From assembly GCA_030390025.1 (NCBI GenBank), contig CM059433.1:14510001-14574000 (forward strand): a DNA stretch of 64,000 nt, given 5' to 3'. Below the pieces are notes generated by a model. That model had not been told where the DNA came from, searched no databases, and worked only from the letters and a program-made list of their open reading frames with translations. The first letter of the stretch is position 1; every line of letters begins with the position of its first letter. This stretch comes from Squalus acanthias (taxonomy: Eukaryota). The position numbers and the translations under genes were made by a program. Below are positions 61,425 to 64,000 of this stretch, one piece after another.

Positions 61425-62538
61425 GGCCGGAATTTCCCCCGAAAAAAAACAGGTGGGTTTGGAGTGTGGGGGCAGTTAAAGTGTTAAAAATGGGATTCCT
61501 GACCTGATCCTGCCTCCAACCCGCCCACTTCCGGTTTTACCGGAGGTGGGGCGGGGGTGGGGTGGGGGCGGGGGCGACCAACGCACTCCCAGGGGGCGGT
61601 ACCTTAATTTAAATATTGTAATGAGGCTGGAAACCTCTTTGTCCCCCATCCATTTTGTGTTTAACTGCCTGTGGAGGAGTTCACACAATTCATGAAACCC
61701 GGCAGTTAAAGCGAGGCAGGGACTGCTGCATCCAGGAGGTTAGTGGCTTTATACCAAACTCCTGGATCCAGGATCCCTGCCTAACCAAACCCCAGCGATT
61801 GGCGATCCCCCCACCCCCCCCACGAGGCCTCCGACCACCTCCCCAGGCACGATGATGAGGAGGCCGGCCACAATCCTTCGGTGGCCAGCCTCGATACTCT
61901 CCCATACCCCCGCCGATCCTTGGCCGACCCCCAGCCCTGTGATCCCCGACCCCTGCTGACGCTCTCTCCCCCCCCCGATCCCCGACCCCTGCTGACGCTC
62001 TCTCCCCCCCCGATCCCTGACCCCTGTTGACGCTCTCTCCCCCCTCCCGATCCCTGACCCCTGCTGACTCTCTCCCCCCTCCCAATCCCTGACCCCTGCT
62101 GACGCTCTCTCCCCGCCCGATCCCCGACCCCTGCTGACGCTCTCTCCCCCCTCCCGATCCCCAATCCCTGCTGACGCTCTCTCCCTCCCCCGATCCCCGA
62201 CCCCTGCTGACACTCTCCCCCCCCTCTCGATCCCTGACCCCTGCTGACGCTCTCTCCCCGTCCCGATCCCCGACCCCTGCCGATGCTCTCTTCCCCCTCC
62301 CGATCCCCGACCCCTGCCGATTGCCGCACCCCTCTCCTGTGGTCCCTCCCTCGGACCGGCCCCTCGCTTCTGAGGCCTACCCACCCGTAGCCACCCAGCC
62401 TCTCAATCTGGCTGGCTGCGGGCGGGAATCCGAGGCCTCACATTCAAATCAGGCCCTGCCGTTAAAGTCGGCCTCCCGGGTTGCCTCGGAGACCCGCACC
62501 TCCCGCCCCCAGGCCGCCTACCTGGGGAAAATTCCAGT
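61425..62538. mobile_element. Harbinger-like non-autonomous element with internal minisatellite
   Basis: GGCCGGAATTTCCCC / GGGGAAAATTCCAGT imperfect TIRs. Confidence 0.65.
61940..62325 (+). repeat. C-rich minisatellite, ~36-39-bp unit GATCCCCGACCCCTGCTGACGCTCTCTCCCCCCTCCC
   Basis: About 10 tandem copies. Confidence 0.95.
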
Positions 62539-62751
62539 GGGATGGCAGCAGATGTGGGGAGAGAGGATTTCCTCTGCTATTTGTACTGAAAAGGTAAGCA
62601 CATGTACAGAGAACACATTTGCAATTTTGCTACTAATACAAGCAGAAGAAATCTCTTTAGTTAGCTGCAACAAATTTTCCACTAGTCAGCACAAAACAAG
62701 AATTATAATAAAATCATAGATAAGAAACAGTCCAACTGCACTTTCAGTCAG

Positions 62752-62929
62752 TAGTGGGGTAATTTTGACTTCGGGCAATTGTGTAAAACGGACGATATCA
62801 GATCAGCCGCCTGTTATACATCTCCCGATTATCCCGTCCATGGAAATGAAAATCGGGGGAGATGTATATCGGCGGCTGATCTGTTATCACCAATTTTGCG
62901 CTATTGTCCAATGTCAAAATAACCCACTA
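62752..62929. mobile_element. Palindromic MITE family P
   Basis: GGGTAATTTTGAC...GATCAGCCGCC..ATACATCTCCC / GGGAGATGTAT..GGCGGCTGATC...GTCAAAATAACCC; related to 5193-5362. Confidence 0.78.
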
Positions 62930-63339
62930 TATATGCTAATAAAAATATTCGCATTTTAATTCTTTCTTCATTTGCATAAGAGGTGGCAATACTTTGGAAT
63001 TAAACATTTCCTCCATTTTTGTACTGAGCAGCATCAAGTGTTCGGTAAGATATGTTGGTTATTATTCAAGATTCAAATGAACACTGTGGGCCAGGGGATC
63101 TCAAGCATACCTTTATTACCTTGACATTTCCATGTTTATAAATGTGCTGGATTCTGATGCCTGATGAGACAAGCCCGGTGACATGGGGCCACTTAGTGTA
63201 ATATTTAGTGAAGGTTCATGCTGCCGGCTCGAGTCAATGGGGATTGAACCTGGTTAGATCCAGTTCAATTGTAACGTTCTCGAGTGTTAGAGAGAGACAG
63301 GCCTGGAGTTTCTGCTTGGTTGCATTGTTTTTTTTTTTA

Positions 63340-64000
63340 AGCGCAATTCACCCCAAAATTGGCCAAACCAGAGCAAAAGATCGAGGAACTCCAAGCGCAA
63401 ATTACATCCAGCGTAAATCGAGTTTCTGCCATCTTTTGCGCTAGTTTAAAAAACATTGCGCTGGAAGCCCGGCCATGATGAGTTCCCATTAATTGCGCCC
63501 TTTTGCGGGACTTCGGGGAGGCTCTTAAAATCACGTTTTTTTTTTTAGACGCAATGACACTAATAGGCACCTTTTAAAAGCTCTTAAATGTTTTGTTAAT
63601 TTGCTAAGACAATGACTACTGCACACCAATGTAACCAGTAAATGGTTCTGTGTTTTTAAAGTTATTCTCAGTTATTTAAATTCGGGTTACTCACAGGTCG
63701 TGGACTGGACACTCTGATTAAAAAGGTTTATTTTTTTGTGATAAACCCATGTTCAGCCGGATTAATAAAACTGCAGCAGCTTACCACTCTTAAATATATC
63801 GAGGAATATTTCTTAACGCAAAAAATGTTTTCAAAAAATTACGTTCTAAAACGCGGCCCGATTGCGCTGGTTCAGGGAAGATTTTACGTTCGGCGATATG
63901 CAAATGTGTTTGAGTGGAAACTTTGAGCAAAATATTTACTTCGCAAAACGAGCGCAATTTTGAGCGCAATTTACACCCGGATCGCCGATTGCGCCCAAAG
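63340..64000. mobile_element. Probable DNA-transposon-derived element running off the window edge
   Basis: CpG-rich ends with repeated AGCGCAA(A)TT motifs around an AT-rich core, like other MITEs here; termini not defined. Confidence 0.4.

Overview
This is repeat-dense vertebrate DNA, most likely intronic or intergenic. The repeat mix suggests a cartilaginous fish (shark); this is inferred from the repeat types, not proven. No complete host gene can be supported. Nearly all long ORFs belong to transposons or are their antisense shadows. The window contains many 5'-truncated CR1 LINEs, L2 and RTE LINEs, a second CR1-group LINE family and an ancient L1/Tx1 remnant. It also has a rich set of PIF/Harbinger DNA transposon relics (spliced Myb/SANT gene pieces, HARBI1-like DDE transposase pieces, several MITE families with 3-bp A/T-only target-site duplications) and a TG..CA solo LTR nested in a Harbinger. 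The highlight is a 381-bp fold-back Penelope-like element at 14661-15041 with a 12-bp TSD and an intact minimal hammerhead ribozyme on each strand; a second hammerhead family lies at 27522-27558. Other oddities are an in-frame 27-bp micro-inversion in a CR1 RT, an inverted duplication of a Harbinger transposase core, a chimeric CR1 insertion and a 22/44-bp higher-order minisatellite. A few low-confidence candidate host exons are noted but not identified.
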